Assembly (NCBI GenBank): GCA_965225945.1
Contig: CBDDBZ010000007.1
Span: 1 to 27,166, forward strand
DNA from: Alphaproteobacteria bacterium
GTDB lineage: Bacteria > Pseudomonadota > Alphaproteobacteria > GCA-2731375
Direction: 5' to 3'
DNA: 27,166 nt
Below are positions 27,103 to 27,166 of this stretch, in pieces. The position numbers and the translations under genes are program-made. The first letter of the stretch is position 1; each line of letters begins with the position of its first letter. Under the pieces are notes generated by a model. It saw only the letters and a list, made by a program, of their open reading frames with translations. It did not search any database and was not told the DNA's origin.

Positions 27103-27166
27103 ACCGGACTTATTTCACGCCGCCGGTCCGGGTGGCGCTGAGGCCCGCAGCCTGAGAAATTACCCT

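Noticed and set aside
27060-27166. Complete tRNA gene
   Set aside because: Only the last 18 nt match; the anticodon arm, D arm and 5' acceptor strand are absent.
1-27166. CRISPR arrays, rRNA, defence or phage genes, and the many long antisense or overlapping ORFs
   Set aside because: No spaced repeats or recognisable motifs were seen. The shadow ORFs are Arg/Gly/Pro-rich by-products of high-GC codon usage.

Overview
High-GC window that reads as alphaproteobacterial chromosome. Core content: a GST, two TRAP transporters (DctPQM and TAXI), two DMT permeases, mmsB, two TauD/TfdA dioxygenases, an SDR, an MBL-fold hydrolase, polA and an amidohydrolase. Three complete IS elements each carry an 8-bp target duplication. 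Two are near-identical, inverted 1025-bp IS1595-family copies, one of which interrupts dctP, and the third is a 1596-bp single-ORF IS66. The best candidate for an undescribed system is a divergent gene pair: a Slam/DUF560-like TPR + beta-barrel gene broken by one in-frame TAG, and a secreted FecR-domain + YfaP/DUF2135-like protein. Two ISs sit in their shared promoter region. Signals the ORF track misses: an 18-nt tRNA-fMet 3'-end fragment plus hairpin at the right edge (probable att site), a uspA remnant, an enoyl-CoA hydratase remnant, and an HxHxDH->HxHxAH change in the MBL protein. Family calls come from motif recognition by eye, not database searches.
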